From: a virus
Virus record (IMG/VR): IMGVR_UViG_3300028534_000002
DNA length: 64,000 nt
Strand: one strand, 5' to 3'
Part shown: positions 48,201 through 56,083 of the stretch, one piece after another
Position numbering within the stretch: the first letter of the stretch is position 1
Layout of the letters: every line of letters starts with the position of its first letter
The notes under the pieces: model-generated
Seen by the model: only the letters and a program-made list of their open reading frames with translations
Told to the model about the DNA's origin: nothing
Database searches by the model: none
Program-made: the position numbers and the translations under genes

Positions 48201-50129
48201 TTAATTGAAGTACCCGCGTGTTTCATCGCATTTGTAACAGTCGTAATCAGTTATCTTGTTAGACGAATATACAGGGTCAAAAACTATACCATTATAACTT
48301 GTTTGTTCTTTGACTGGCATTTGCGGTACAAGTATGTCTATCAGTGCCATTTGGCTTATACAGTCAAGGCCATCATCGTGGTTTGCTTTTATTTCAGTTC
48401 CAGTTGTCATCTTTAGCTCATCTATCAGTTCAGCCATTCCTCTATTGAAATATTTTAGGGCTCTGTTAAAAAATACTTTCCCTTCATAAAATCTTTCTGC
48501 AACAAGATGAAGCCTCCATAGCTTATCTCCATTTCCTCTTGACTTTATTCCATCCCATGTTACTTTTTCATTTAGCTTTGGCTTTTGTCTTGCCAATATC
48601 AATGTCTCCTTGTTGTCGTCATAAAATCTTTGTAGTCCGCTTAAATGAAGCACTTGTTGTCCATCTATCTCGACAGCAACCTCATTTATGTACCCACCCC
48701 AACCTTTTGCTTTTTTTGAAAACTTAAATGTTGATCCATACTGCTCTTGTATTGTTTGCTTTTCGAGAACCAGGTCTACTAGATACCATCTATCCATCCA
48801 GTCAACTGCCCAAATAAATTGACCACTAAGGTCTGATCCCTTGTTTGCTGTTGTTGTGTAGTCTGTAGTTATGTACCATGAGTAGTCTTGTCCGTTATCT
48901 TTTATCTTTTGCATATCAATCCATTTAATATGCTTATCTTGTATTAGTCTTTCATGCTCGGAAGTTACTCTTACATAATACTCTTGATCAAGCGTTTTAA
49001 GCTTCTTTGTGTTACCTTTTTTTGCTGCACGCTCTGCAATCTCATATTCCTTCCTCTGCTTCTCAAATGTATGCCTATCTGGCCACACTGAAACAAATTG
49101 CTCTTTCGTCATTGCAGGCTTTATTAGCTCACCAGTCTTCTCGTCGTATATGTCTCCGTGAGGCTGAACTTCTGCTTTCGGAAATACAACAGGCAAGAAC
49201 GTCCCCTCAGTTACTCTTTTGTATACGGGGTCACCTGTATGATATGCTGTACCAATCAGTATTTGAAAATGCCCTTCTCCAGATAATGATGAACCAACAT
49301 CTGCTTCAATTGTGCTATCAATAGCACTTAGTACTGCCTTTGAATATGCATCTTTTTCATTAGCTACCATGTCATCGAATATTGCAAACTGTGGTCTGTC
49401 TAGCCCTGATCTAGATCCCCTACCACCAGATGATCCTAACCCTTGCACTTTGAATCTACGTTTCATTCTTCCTGGAACGCCATCTTCTCTTGCACCTTTC
49501 TTTGACATGTGATCGTTATATGCCTTTATCTCTTGCTTGGTTCTCGGCTTTCGTATCATCTCTATCGCAGAGTCCGTAAAGTGTGTCCATTCAAACCTAC
49601 TTTGAAGATACTTTGAACCTAGATACAGATCCTCTATCGTTCTCATCGTTGTCTTAACGTTACCATCCATTCTATCTGATACATACATTCCAAAGTTAAC
49701 TTTTCCAAATCCCGGCATCTCTCCTTGGTCTGCCATATACAGTATCATGTATGCAAGAATTGTAGATTTTGAGAACTCCCTTGTGCTTAGGATTAATGTA
49801 TTGCCTTTTAATGTATCAAAATCCATATTTCTAACTTGATAGTACGGTTTAACTTCTTCTGATTGAAACATGCAGTCAACAAAAAAGTAATGAGCTTTTG
49901 GGTTTAGATTCTCTGGCTCTTCGCCTATACACAAACGAATGAACGAAATAAACATGATTGCGTTTACCGATGGCGTATACCAATCCAATTTTAAATCTAC
50001 ATAGTCTAGTAGCATCTCGACTGTTATTTCATCTTTGTCCTTAAAAGCAGGAATAATATATCCAGTGTCAACAGCCCACTTCATCTCCTCTCTTGTTCTT
50101 GGAATTCCTTTTGGGTCACTTAAAATCAT
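48201..50129 (-). CDS. terL: terminase large subunit (642 aa)
   Basis: RBS AAGGAT. N-terminal ATPase-like segments (LILSTREFSKST, QFAIFDDM as Walker B). C-terminal RNaseH-like nuclease acidic motifs (WYITTDYTT..., NHDDGLDCISQ). Heads the packaging/tail block as in N4 (gp68 position). Confidence 0.8.
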   Translation of the reverse strand: MILSDPKGIPRTREEMKWAVDTGYIIPAFKDKDEITVEMLLDYVDLKLDWYTPSVNAIMFISFIRLCIGEEPENLNPKAHYFFVDCMFQSEEVKPYYQVRNMDFDTLKGNTLILSTREFSKSTILAYMILYMADQGEMPGFGKVNFGMYVSDRMDGNVKTTMRTIEDLYLGSKYLQSRFEWTHFTDSAIEMIRKPRTKQEIKAYNDHMSKKGAREDGVPGRMKRRFKVQGLGSSGGRGSRSGLDRPQFAIFDDMVANEKDAYSKAVLSAIDSTIEADVGSSLSGEGHFQILIGTAYHTGDPVYKRVTEGTFLPVVFPKAEVQPHGDIYDEKTGELIKPAMTKEQFVSVWPDRHTFEKQRKEYEIAERAAKKGNTKKLKTLDQEYYVRVTSEHERLIQDKHIKWIDMQKIKDNGQDYSWYITTDYTTTANKGSDLSGQFIWAVDWMDRWYLVDLVLEKQTIQEQYGSTFKFSKKAKGWGGYINEVAVEIDGQQVLHLSGLQRFYDDNKETLILARQKPKLNEKVTWDGIKSRGNGDKLWRLHLVAERFYEGKVFFNRALKYFNRGMAELIDELKMTTGTEIKANHDDGLDCISQMALIDILVPQMPVKEQTSYNGIVFDPVYSSNKITDYDCYKCDETRGYFN

Positions 50130-50183
50130 AATGTAATCCTTGTGAATAAGTGATCATGTTGGTATCTCATTAAGTAAAACATA

Positions 50184-50978
50184 CTACTCATCTCTACTCT
50201 CCAATACATGTCCTATAACCTGTACATCCTCTATTGATGCTCCATTCTCTAGTGCCTCTCTCATCTGCTCTGCTAATGCTCTCATTGCATCCGATGTCTC
50301 TCTCTGTGCCTCTACTGCTTCATCTGACATTCCTAACTTAAGTGTTATATTCTTCTCTTCTGGAGGAGCTGTTATGTCAAGTATTTTTGCTGCTGCAACC
50401 TGCTGAACTGTTGCCGATACCATTGGTCGTATCTCATCATATATTGGTTCACCGTTGTCGTCTCTAACTATTACCATTTTTCCAGTATCTGGATCTTTTA
50501 TTTTTCTTGGAACCTGAGTTGGTGCAGCAATACCTCTCATTAAGTCAATATTCTTCATCATTGCTTCATGTCTAGCCCAATGGTAGTATATTGAGAAGTC
50601 TAGGATCATCTGTGCTTCTATATCTACTATGAACCAGTTAGTGTTATATGCCGCTACAGATGCAGAGATTGTCTTGTCATCGTGTCCTTTGTCCACCATT
50701 CTATTATATCTATCTGGAAATGTTTTCTTCCATGCCTCAAAATTAGACATTCTCTTCTTTAATGAGACATATTTAATTGCATCGAGATATCTCTCTATAC
50801 TTAGATTTCCTTTCCCTGTAACAATATTTATGTTTCTAGAGACCATCTCTTCCATGTATTCTTGAACAATTCCTGTGTCGTTTTCTAGATTCTCAAATAT
50901 CTCTGCAGCCCTATCACTTACTGCGACACTTGTTCCTCTTGGAAGCATTTTTCTTATTTTAAGTTTTGTGTCTATCAT
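50184..50978 (-). CDS. hypothetical protein upstream of TerL (positional candidate for the small terminase subunit), 264 aa
   Basis: Position only; no motif recognised. Confidence 0.35.
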   Translation of the reverse strand: MIDTKLKIRKMLPRGTSVAVSDRAAEIFENLENDTGIVQEYMEEMVSRNINIVTGKGNLSIERYLDAIKYVSLKKRMSNFEAWKKTFPDRYNRMVDKGHDDKTISASVAAYNTNWFIVDIEAQMILDFSIYYHWARHEAMMKNIDLMRGIAAPTQVPRKIKDPDTGKMVIVRDDNGEPIYDEIRPMVSATVQQVAAAKILDITAPPEEKNITLKLGMSDEAVEAQRETSDAMRALAEQMREALENGASIEDVQVIGHVLESRDE

Positions 50979-51096
50979 TTTGTTTCATCCTTTATTTAAC
51001 AAATGTTTCTACATATACAGACACTTCACCAAGACGCTTAGCTTCTCGCTGCGCTCGAATGCAGAGTCTTGGCTCGAATCTGTATATGTAGACGAG

Positions 51097-51615
51097 CTAT
51101 AATATTTTTCCGTTTCTTTCTCTTATAAGTTTCCAAAACAATCTTCTTGGTGAGTAGTTACATGCTCCAGCCTTTCCAAATACAACCTCATGAACTACCT
51201 CTGAGCAAAACACTTTACTGTTACCGCAGAACCAGTCTATAAAGCTGAATGCAGAAAATATTGCACCAAAGTAATCATATCTTTTATCACTGTACATACT
51301 TACAACTTCAAGTATATTTGCGTCTATGTTTTCAATGCTATCTACATCTATCTCAACGATATCCCAATTGTCATTATTTAGTAATCTATCAATAGCAGCT
51401 TTTCTTATTGTTATCCCATTACTCCTAGGCGATACAGACAGCAACGACTTATTGTCGCTCATGTATATTTCAACATGACTATAATTGCTAAATGTTGCAA
51501 GTCCTATTGTCCAGTCAACAATTGTAGATCCATTGCAAAATGATCTATAAAATGCTATGTACGCTTTATCCATTATTGTCCCTCCAAATATGATTATATC
51601 AGTCAATTGGTTCAT
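51097..51615 (-). CDS. first late-operon gene; possible permuted papain-fold (NlpC/P60, YiiX-like) peptidase (172 aa)
   Basis: SNYSHVEIY and ...KVFCSEVVHEVVFG resemble the His and Cys segments of YiiX/C92-type enzymes. This is a weak, memory-based call. Confidence 0.35.
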   Translation of the reverse strand: MNQLTDIIIFGGTIMDKAYIAFYRSFCNGSTIVDWTIGLATFSNYSHVEIYMSDNKSLLSVSPRSNGITIRKAAIDRLLNNDNWDIVEIDVDSIENIDANILEVVSMYSDKRYDYFGAIFSAFSFIDWFCGNSKVFCSEVVHEVVFGKAGACNYSPRRLFWKLIRERNGKIL

Positions 51616-51745
51616 GTTAGTTTAGGTTGGTTTAGTATTGCACTAATTTTAACATGCTCTACTCGAACTCGAACACTCTAAAACACTTAAAGTATATCTC
51701 TTCTCGAAGTCAATACCTTCCACATTGAGTATATACTCGATGCTA

Positions 51746-51837
51746 AACGAAGCCGAAGCTTAGTGGCTAAGTATATGCTTATTTGAATGATGACTGGTTT
51801 GAATGATGACTGAATGGTGATACCAACGAAGCCGAAG
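51746..51837. repeat. direct repeat AACGAAGCCGAAG (51746-51758, 51825-51837)
   Basis: 13/13 identical; each copy is followed within 12 nt by AAGTATAT. Confidence 0.8.
51782..51812. repeat. tandem repeat TTTGAATGATGACTG x2 (plus a degenerate third unit)
   Basis: 51782-51796 and 51798-51812 are identical; 51813-51820 (aatggtga) is a partial third unit. Confidence 0.85.
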
Positions 51838-51860
51838 TATATACCTATAGTGACATCTAA

Positions 51861-51930
51861 TGCACCCCGGGGGGGCATAAATACAAATAGCTAAATAGAT
51901 TCCAAAAATCCTGCAAGCATACCCCCCCAT
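51861..51930. other. C4G7 palindromic core and a C7 run 47 nt downstream (G7/C7 long-range complement)
   Basis: TGCACCCCGGGGGGGCAT at 51861-51878 and CATACCCCCCCAT at 51918-51930. These are the only long G/C homopolymers I see in this AT-rich window. Confidence 0.7.
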
Positions 51931-52158
51931 ATATGCATACACTACGAAACATACAGTACTCAATGTGTCTATCATAGGTGCACAGTGCAACAAGCGCAGA
52001 AGATCTCAAGCAGTACGCAAGCAAATGCACTACTGGTTCCAAATACGATACGTACTCCTATGCGACAAGCAACAACAACCATGTGTCAAGCCATACTACA
52101 ACAAAGGATCATACTACAAATACCAGTAGTAGTGCAAACTACTACAAAAGGATTTATC

Positions 52159-52374
52159 ATGACAAATGTAATCAGAACAATCAGAGAACAAATTAATAGC
52201 AACCAACGTATCGCATTCGATATGTTACTAGAGATCGACCCTAGCGGTCTAAATAAAGCAATGCAGACAGGAATCAAGATAACAAAATACAAGGACATGT
52301 GGAGTAATGGAGGATTAAGAACCAACGTTCAAGTCCTTCCTGAATTCAAACGCTACTTAAGAGAGAGGTTTTAA
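52159..52374 (+). CDS. small early protein (71 aa)
   Basis: Start chosen at MTNVIRT (AAAAGGA 7 nt upstream) rather than the track start at 51985, whose extension is translated CA-rich low-complexity sequence. The stop is embedded in the terminator at 52361-52397. Confidence 0.55.
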   Translation: MTNVIRTIREQINSNQRIAFDMLLEIDPSGLNKAMQTGIKITKYKDMWSNGGLRTNVQVLPEFKRYLRERF

Positions 52375-52397
52375 GCCTCTTTCTTATTTTTCTTTTT
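52361..52397 (+). terminator. rho-independent terminator
   Basis: GAGAGAGG-ttttaag-CCTCTTTC (one G-U) followed by TTATTTTTCTTTTT. Contains the stop of the 71-aa gene. Confidence 0.75.
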
Positions 52398-52500
52398 ACA
52401 TCACATAGTCATTAGCACTCCTTCGTCGCGCTACTGCCATTAATACCTGTAATAGTGCATCGTTAGCATGCGGTGCAAAAACTAATTCAAAGGATAAAAC

Positions 52501-52905
52501 ATGCTTAACTTCCAACCAACTACAATCGAAAGTAAAAAAGACCTTAAGACCGCTTCTCTCAAGCTTGGAGGCAAAACTCTTGATGCATTAGGAGCGTCTT
52601 TAGACGTTGTTACTGGCACAGCAATACTGTTGAATAAGTTAGTTGACAGCTTCGACAAGTTGTTGTTCGGCACAGCTCAGTCTCAGATACAGGACTTGTT
52701 CGATGAAATGCTTGAAGCTATCAAACAGTTCGACAGTAACGACTCCAGAGACAATCTCCACCTCAAGGCAATGAGAATATCAATTTTCATAGAAAGTTCT
52801 ACAGAAGTCAAATCAGACTTCAAGCAATCAGATACGTACAAGATTGCGAAAAGTATGCTTGACGATTGTGGAATCGTTGCGCTCAAGAAAGAGGGAGAGG
52901 CTTAG
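52501..52905 (+). CDS. early protein, family A (134 aa), paralog of 61133-61534
   Basis: RBS AAAGGA. Same length as the paralog, with position-matched DLK (aa 14-16), L..G...L, F..MLE and MRISIF. Confidence 0.7.
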   Translation: MLNFQPTTIESKKDLKTASLKLGGKTLDALGASLDVVTGTAILLNKLVDSFDKLLFGTAQSQIQDLFDEMLEAIKQFDSNDSRDNLHLKAMRISIFIESSTEVKSDFKQSDTYKIAKSMLDDCGIVALKKEGEA

Positions 52906-52927
52906 GCCTCTTCCCCTTCTTTTTTTA
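52893..52927 (+). terminator. rho-independent terminator
   Basis: GGGAGAGG-cttagg-CCTCTTCC followed by CCTTCTTTTTTT. Contains the stop of family-A gene 52501-52905. Confidence 0.75.
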
Positions 52928-53252
52928 TAACATCACTGCAACATCACAGTCATATCACTAAACCGATAATGGGTCAAGGGGAGTCGCATTCAAACTCCCA
53001 CAAACAAACCAGAACCAATGCACTACACACAAATACACACCATACCACACAGTATATACAACACAGTACACGTCACACACGTGCACATCTGTCTAGTTGG
53101 TTCTGGATAGTCTTGCTCAACATGTCACCTAACACACTGCTTGCCTTATGTACTGCAGACTAAATATTGTTTAGTGCTACAGACTCAACTTTCTTTATAC
53201 CTGTACTATTGGGTTTCTTGAACCAGTGCATAGTAGATGCCGTTCAAATCCC

Positions 53253-53272
53253 ACAGTTTCGGGCTTTCTGGT
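53253..53272 (+). promoter_or_regulatory. conserved 20-nt motif TTCAAATCCCACAGTTTCGG (copy 1)
   Basis: 18/20 identical to 57497-57516. Intergenic, 24 nt after a GAACCAGT. Confidence 0.5.
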
Positions 53273-53539
53273 TTAAGTCGTGAACAAAATTTGTCAAATC
53301 CAAAACTTACCTTCAATATATAATGTAAGTTCGACTTTTGATTTCGACCTAAATTTTCCTAAATCAATATTACCTTTTCAAATTTAACATTGAACTAACC
53401 TTCAATCTTTTTGATACTGGTAGTATTGGTATCAACCTGCTGTTGCTCATCTTTGAGCTAACCTTCGTCTACTCTCTGTCATTGTGGAGTAGATTTCGAG
53501 ATCCAGTGATCTTGATACAATTAATACAAAGGATTAACT

Positions 53540-54097
53540 ATGGCACAAATTACTTTCGGAAACACTACACAAACTACTTCAATTTCTACTACAGCAATTG
53601 ATTACTCTATTCTAACAGACGCTGAGTTGGTTCAAGAGTTGTTTAACCTTCTTACCAAAGAGCAACGTCAAGAGATTCAGAACATGAGCATTGGCTTAAA
53701 GCCTGCGTTAGACGCATTAGCAGAACTAAAATCTGCTCTCGTGTCAAAGTTTTCTAATGTCCGAGAGGACTTAATCGAGGAGAAACTAGCAAACGCTTTG
53801 GCATTGGCCAAACGTGAATATGGTTCATCTCTTCGATTCGTTGATGGCAACTTGGGTCTAATCAAGTTCCTAAAATCTGATGAGAAGCTTGATTCCGATA
53901 ATTTCAAGTTCTTGGCATCATTGTCACAAGAGCCAAAGCCACTTGAGGTAATGTTCCTAGAAAGCGGTTTGAGAAAACTGCTTGAGATTAGTGAGAATAT
54001 TCTCAGAGATGTGCCGTCTGAGTTCATTATTGAACTCAAGCGTCGCATCAACGGCATCAAGCCGTTAGAAGATGACGCTCTCGATGGCATCTTCTAG
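53540..54097 (+). CDS. early protein, family B (185 aa), paralog of 60479-61000
   Basis: RBS AAAGGATTAACT-ATG. Roughly 40% identity by eye to the 173-aa protein (SIGLKP, KLA.ALALAK, VDG.L..IK, LEVM.LE.GLRK, RING.KPL.D.ALD). Confidence 0.75.
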   Translation: MAQITFGNTTQTTSISTTAIDYSILTDAELVQELFNLLTKEQRQEIQNMSIGLKPALDALAELKSALVSKFSNVREDLIEEKLANALALAKREYGSSLRFVDGNLGLIKFLKSDEKLDSDNFKFLASLSQEPKPLEVMFLESGLRKLLEISENILRDVPSEFIIELKRRINGIKPLEDDALDGIF

Positions 54098-54104
54098 GCA
54101 TATT

Positions 54105-54136
54105 TGAACCAGTGAGTGTGTAAGCTCATTGGTTCA
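54105..54136 (+). other. TGAACCAGTGAG-n8-CTCATTGGTTCA hairpin after family-B gene
   Basis: 12-bp stem with a single G-T (G-U) pair on the + strand, 8 nt past the stop at 54097. Confidence 0.75.
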
Positions 54137-54250
54137 TAGTTTGGACTGATGGAGCATATTTCGGTATGTTCCACAGGTTTAAACTGCTATACAAAACATT
54201 CGAGTCTCTAGTTTCATGGCTAGAGATGCTTTAACCACAAAGGATTAATC

Positions 54251-56038
54251 ATGAAAACAACTGAAATAAAAACTAACAATACAAACGCTGTACTCAACTA
54301 TAACCAAATCGTTGAGTTGTTAAGTTCTTACAACTTCCCAATCTCTATGACCGATTACGTTAGTCAAATTGCTTCAATCATTAATATTACTGATGTAATG
54401 GTTGATTCTAACCGATTGGTTGAGGATCACCCTCTTATAGATGAACTAATAGGTAAAGTTGTTGACAAGCTACTTTACCAACCTCAATACAAAGAGATTA
54501 ATGATGGAAGTTTCATGTTCAAGAAGTCTCTCATCGCTGTTGCAGGAACTATCATTGAGAACTGCATCCCTTGGTCTACCAAGGTTGTCAAGTACTTTGA
54601 TGAGAATGGGAACTTGTGTACCCGTGAGACCAAGTATTTCTCAAATGCCTCAGATGAGGAGTATGTAGAACCAGAGTATGCTCGCCTTCCTGAGAAATAT
54701 GACGCAACGTACGTCATGAAAGGGAGCAAAAAGCAAATTGAATGTGTCATTCGAGAGAAGCATCTCAACATGCTATCTCGACAAGAGTTCATGGTTAGAG
54801 CAATTGACCATGACTTAGTGTATACCTATGCTAACATGAAATTCAGTGAGAACGTAGGGAATGTCAAATATTCTCCATCCAAGTATCTCAAAGAATTAGA
54901 GAGTTTCGCCAGTGTTACCATTGCCCACGCTGGGTTCCGCTATTCAAACATCCGTAAACTTGATGGGTCTGGAAGAGACTATCCTGCTGTTTCAATTGGA
55001 TTTGCAAAACAGTACGGAGATAGTTTCGAAAAGTTCCTCATCGAGTCTGACTACACTTATGTAGTAACTAAAGAAGACGTTAAACTTGCCAAAGAATTCA
55101 TCAAGGAAGAATTTAAGGTTAAGTCTTGGAGAAAGCTGTTCGAGCGTTCTTCCAAGGCTATAGAGAAAGCTAGACGGCTTAATGTTGTATTTCAAACTGG
55201 ACGAAAAGTTAAGTGGAATATGACATCAAAGGAGTTTGGTGAGGCTCTCTGGATATGTGATATTGTTAATAATATCATATACAATGAGGGAGGTGTATCA
55301 TCAAGCTACATCATGGCTGACCTAACAAACTCTGGGGCAATCATGACTGCCTACCAATTTGGAGACGAAAAGTATATGCGTGTTGCCAACTTATTAGGAG
55401 GCGATAAGATTGACACTCACCAGCTTGTTGCGGACTTCTTTGGTATCTCTCGCAAAGAAAGTAAAACCAAGTTTGTAGGTGCCACACATGGCGCTAGAGT
55501 AACAGATGAACTTGTTGAGTGTAAAGATGAGGTGTATGGTGAGCGGTTCGACTATATCAGACTTATCGCAGAGTACGGCATTAAGCTTGCTAAAGCAGGT
55601 GTTCCATACGTTGAGATGATTCAGCGTGATGGTATGAAAGTTATTTGGGAACCGTATATGCGAAACTGTAGAGTTAGCTTAGAGCTCTCAAATCTCTCTG
55701 TTCATGCGATTATGCCCTTTACTCAAGGACTCGAAGGTAGTCCAAAAGTAAGTGGTCTCTATGCAAGAATGGTACATAGCTGTGACAGTTATGTACTTAG
55801 AAAGATTCAGCGTCAGCTTCATGACAAAGGCATTCATGTTAAGACTACGCTTGATTGCTATTATGTGCGTCCATCGCTCAAACCAATCATTGTTAGTATG
55901 GTTTGGGATGCATTGAAAGATTTGGACAGTTGGTTCAAAGAGCAAATCAAGTATATCGAAGAGCAAACAGGAATCAAGGCTGATTTCGAGTTGCCAAATC
56001 GAGAACTTGATGTTGTGGAAACATCAAACATTATGTAG
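54251..56038 (+). CDS. compact T7-like single-subunit RNA polymerase (N4 RNAPII-equivalent, single chain), 595 aa
   Basis: DGSGR (T/DxxGR, aa 238-242). Motif A MADLTNSG (Asp357, nt 55319-55321). Motif B RKESKTKFVGATHG (R-x3-K-x7-HG, aa 401-414). Motif C-like VHSCDSY (Asp512, nt 55784-55786). DxxGR-to-A spacing of 119 aa matches T7 (about 116). Lies in the early block as in N4. Confidence 0.65.
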   Translation: MKTTEIKTNNTNAVLNYNQIVELLSSYNFPISMTDYVSQIASIINITDVMVDSNRLVEDHPLIDELIGKVVDKLLYQPQYKEINDGSFMFKKSLIAVAGTIIENCIPWSTKVVKYFDENGNLCTRETKYFSNASDEEYVEPEYARLPEKYDATYVMKGSKKQIECVIREKHLNMLSRQEFMVRAIDHDLVYTYANMKFSENVGNVKYSPSKYLKELESFASVTIAHAGFRYSNIRKLDGSGRDYPAVSIGFAKQYGDSFEKFLIESDYTYVVTKEDVKLAKEFIKEEFKVKSWRKLFERSSKAIEKARRLNVVFQTGRKVKWNMTSKEFGEALWICDIVNNIIYNEGGVSSSYIMADLTNSGAIMTAYQFGDEKYMRVANLLGGDKIDTHQLVADFFGISRKESKTKFVGATHGARVTDELVECKDEVYGERFDYIRLIAEYGIKLAKAGVPYVEMIQRDGMKVIWEPYMRNCRVSLELSNLSVHAIMPFTQGLEGSPKVSGLYARMVHSCDSYVLRKIQRQLHDKGIHVKTTLDCYYVRPSLKPIIVSMVWDALKDLDSWFKEQIKYIEEQTGIKADFELPNRELDVVETSNIM

Positions 56039-56070
56039 CCTAAAGGCTACATAAGTTATACTTTTTTTTA
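56035..56070 (+). terminator. terminator after the RNAP gene
   Basis: GTAGCC-taaa-GGCTAC (includes the stop codon), then ataagttataCTTTTTTTT. Confidence 0.55.
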
Positions 56071-56083
56071 CAAGGAGAACGTA

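Noticed and set aside
731-51102. Dozens of 60-380-aa + strand ORFs in the track lying inside the minus-strand genes (e.g. 12111-13250, 6108-6857, 9594-10298, 47133-47666)
   Set aside because: They are antisense shadows of long, well-supported genes. Their translations are S/F/L/I-rich low complexity, they lack an RBS, and they would overlap real genes completely.
51687-52196. Small ORFs in the divergent region (63, 77 and 61 aa on minus; 72 aa on plus; N-terminal extension of the 129-aa ORF from 51985)
   Set aside because: They have no RBS and overlap one another. Their translations are repeat or CA-tract artefacts (T/H/Q/Y-rich). Only the segment from ATG 52159, with an AAAAGGA RBS, looks coding.
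52969-53163. 64-aa ORF (MGQGESHSNSHKQTRTNALHTNTHHTTQ...)
   Set aside because: It is a translation of the C+A-rich tract, with no RBS and a low-complexity H/T/N composition.
53240-53280. TTCAAATCC resembles a tRNA T-loop (also at 57497); possible tRNA gene or att-site fragment
   Set aside because: The 5 nt either side of TTCAAAT are not complementary in either copy (no T-stem). No acceptor or anticodon arms can be drawn. I found no tRNA-like cloverleaf anywhere in the window.
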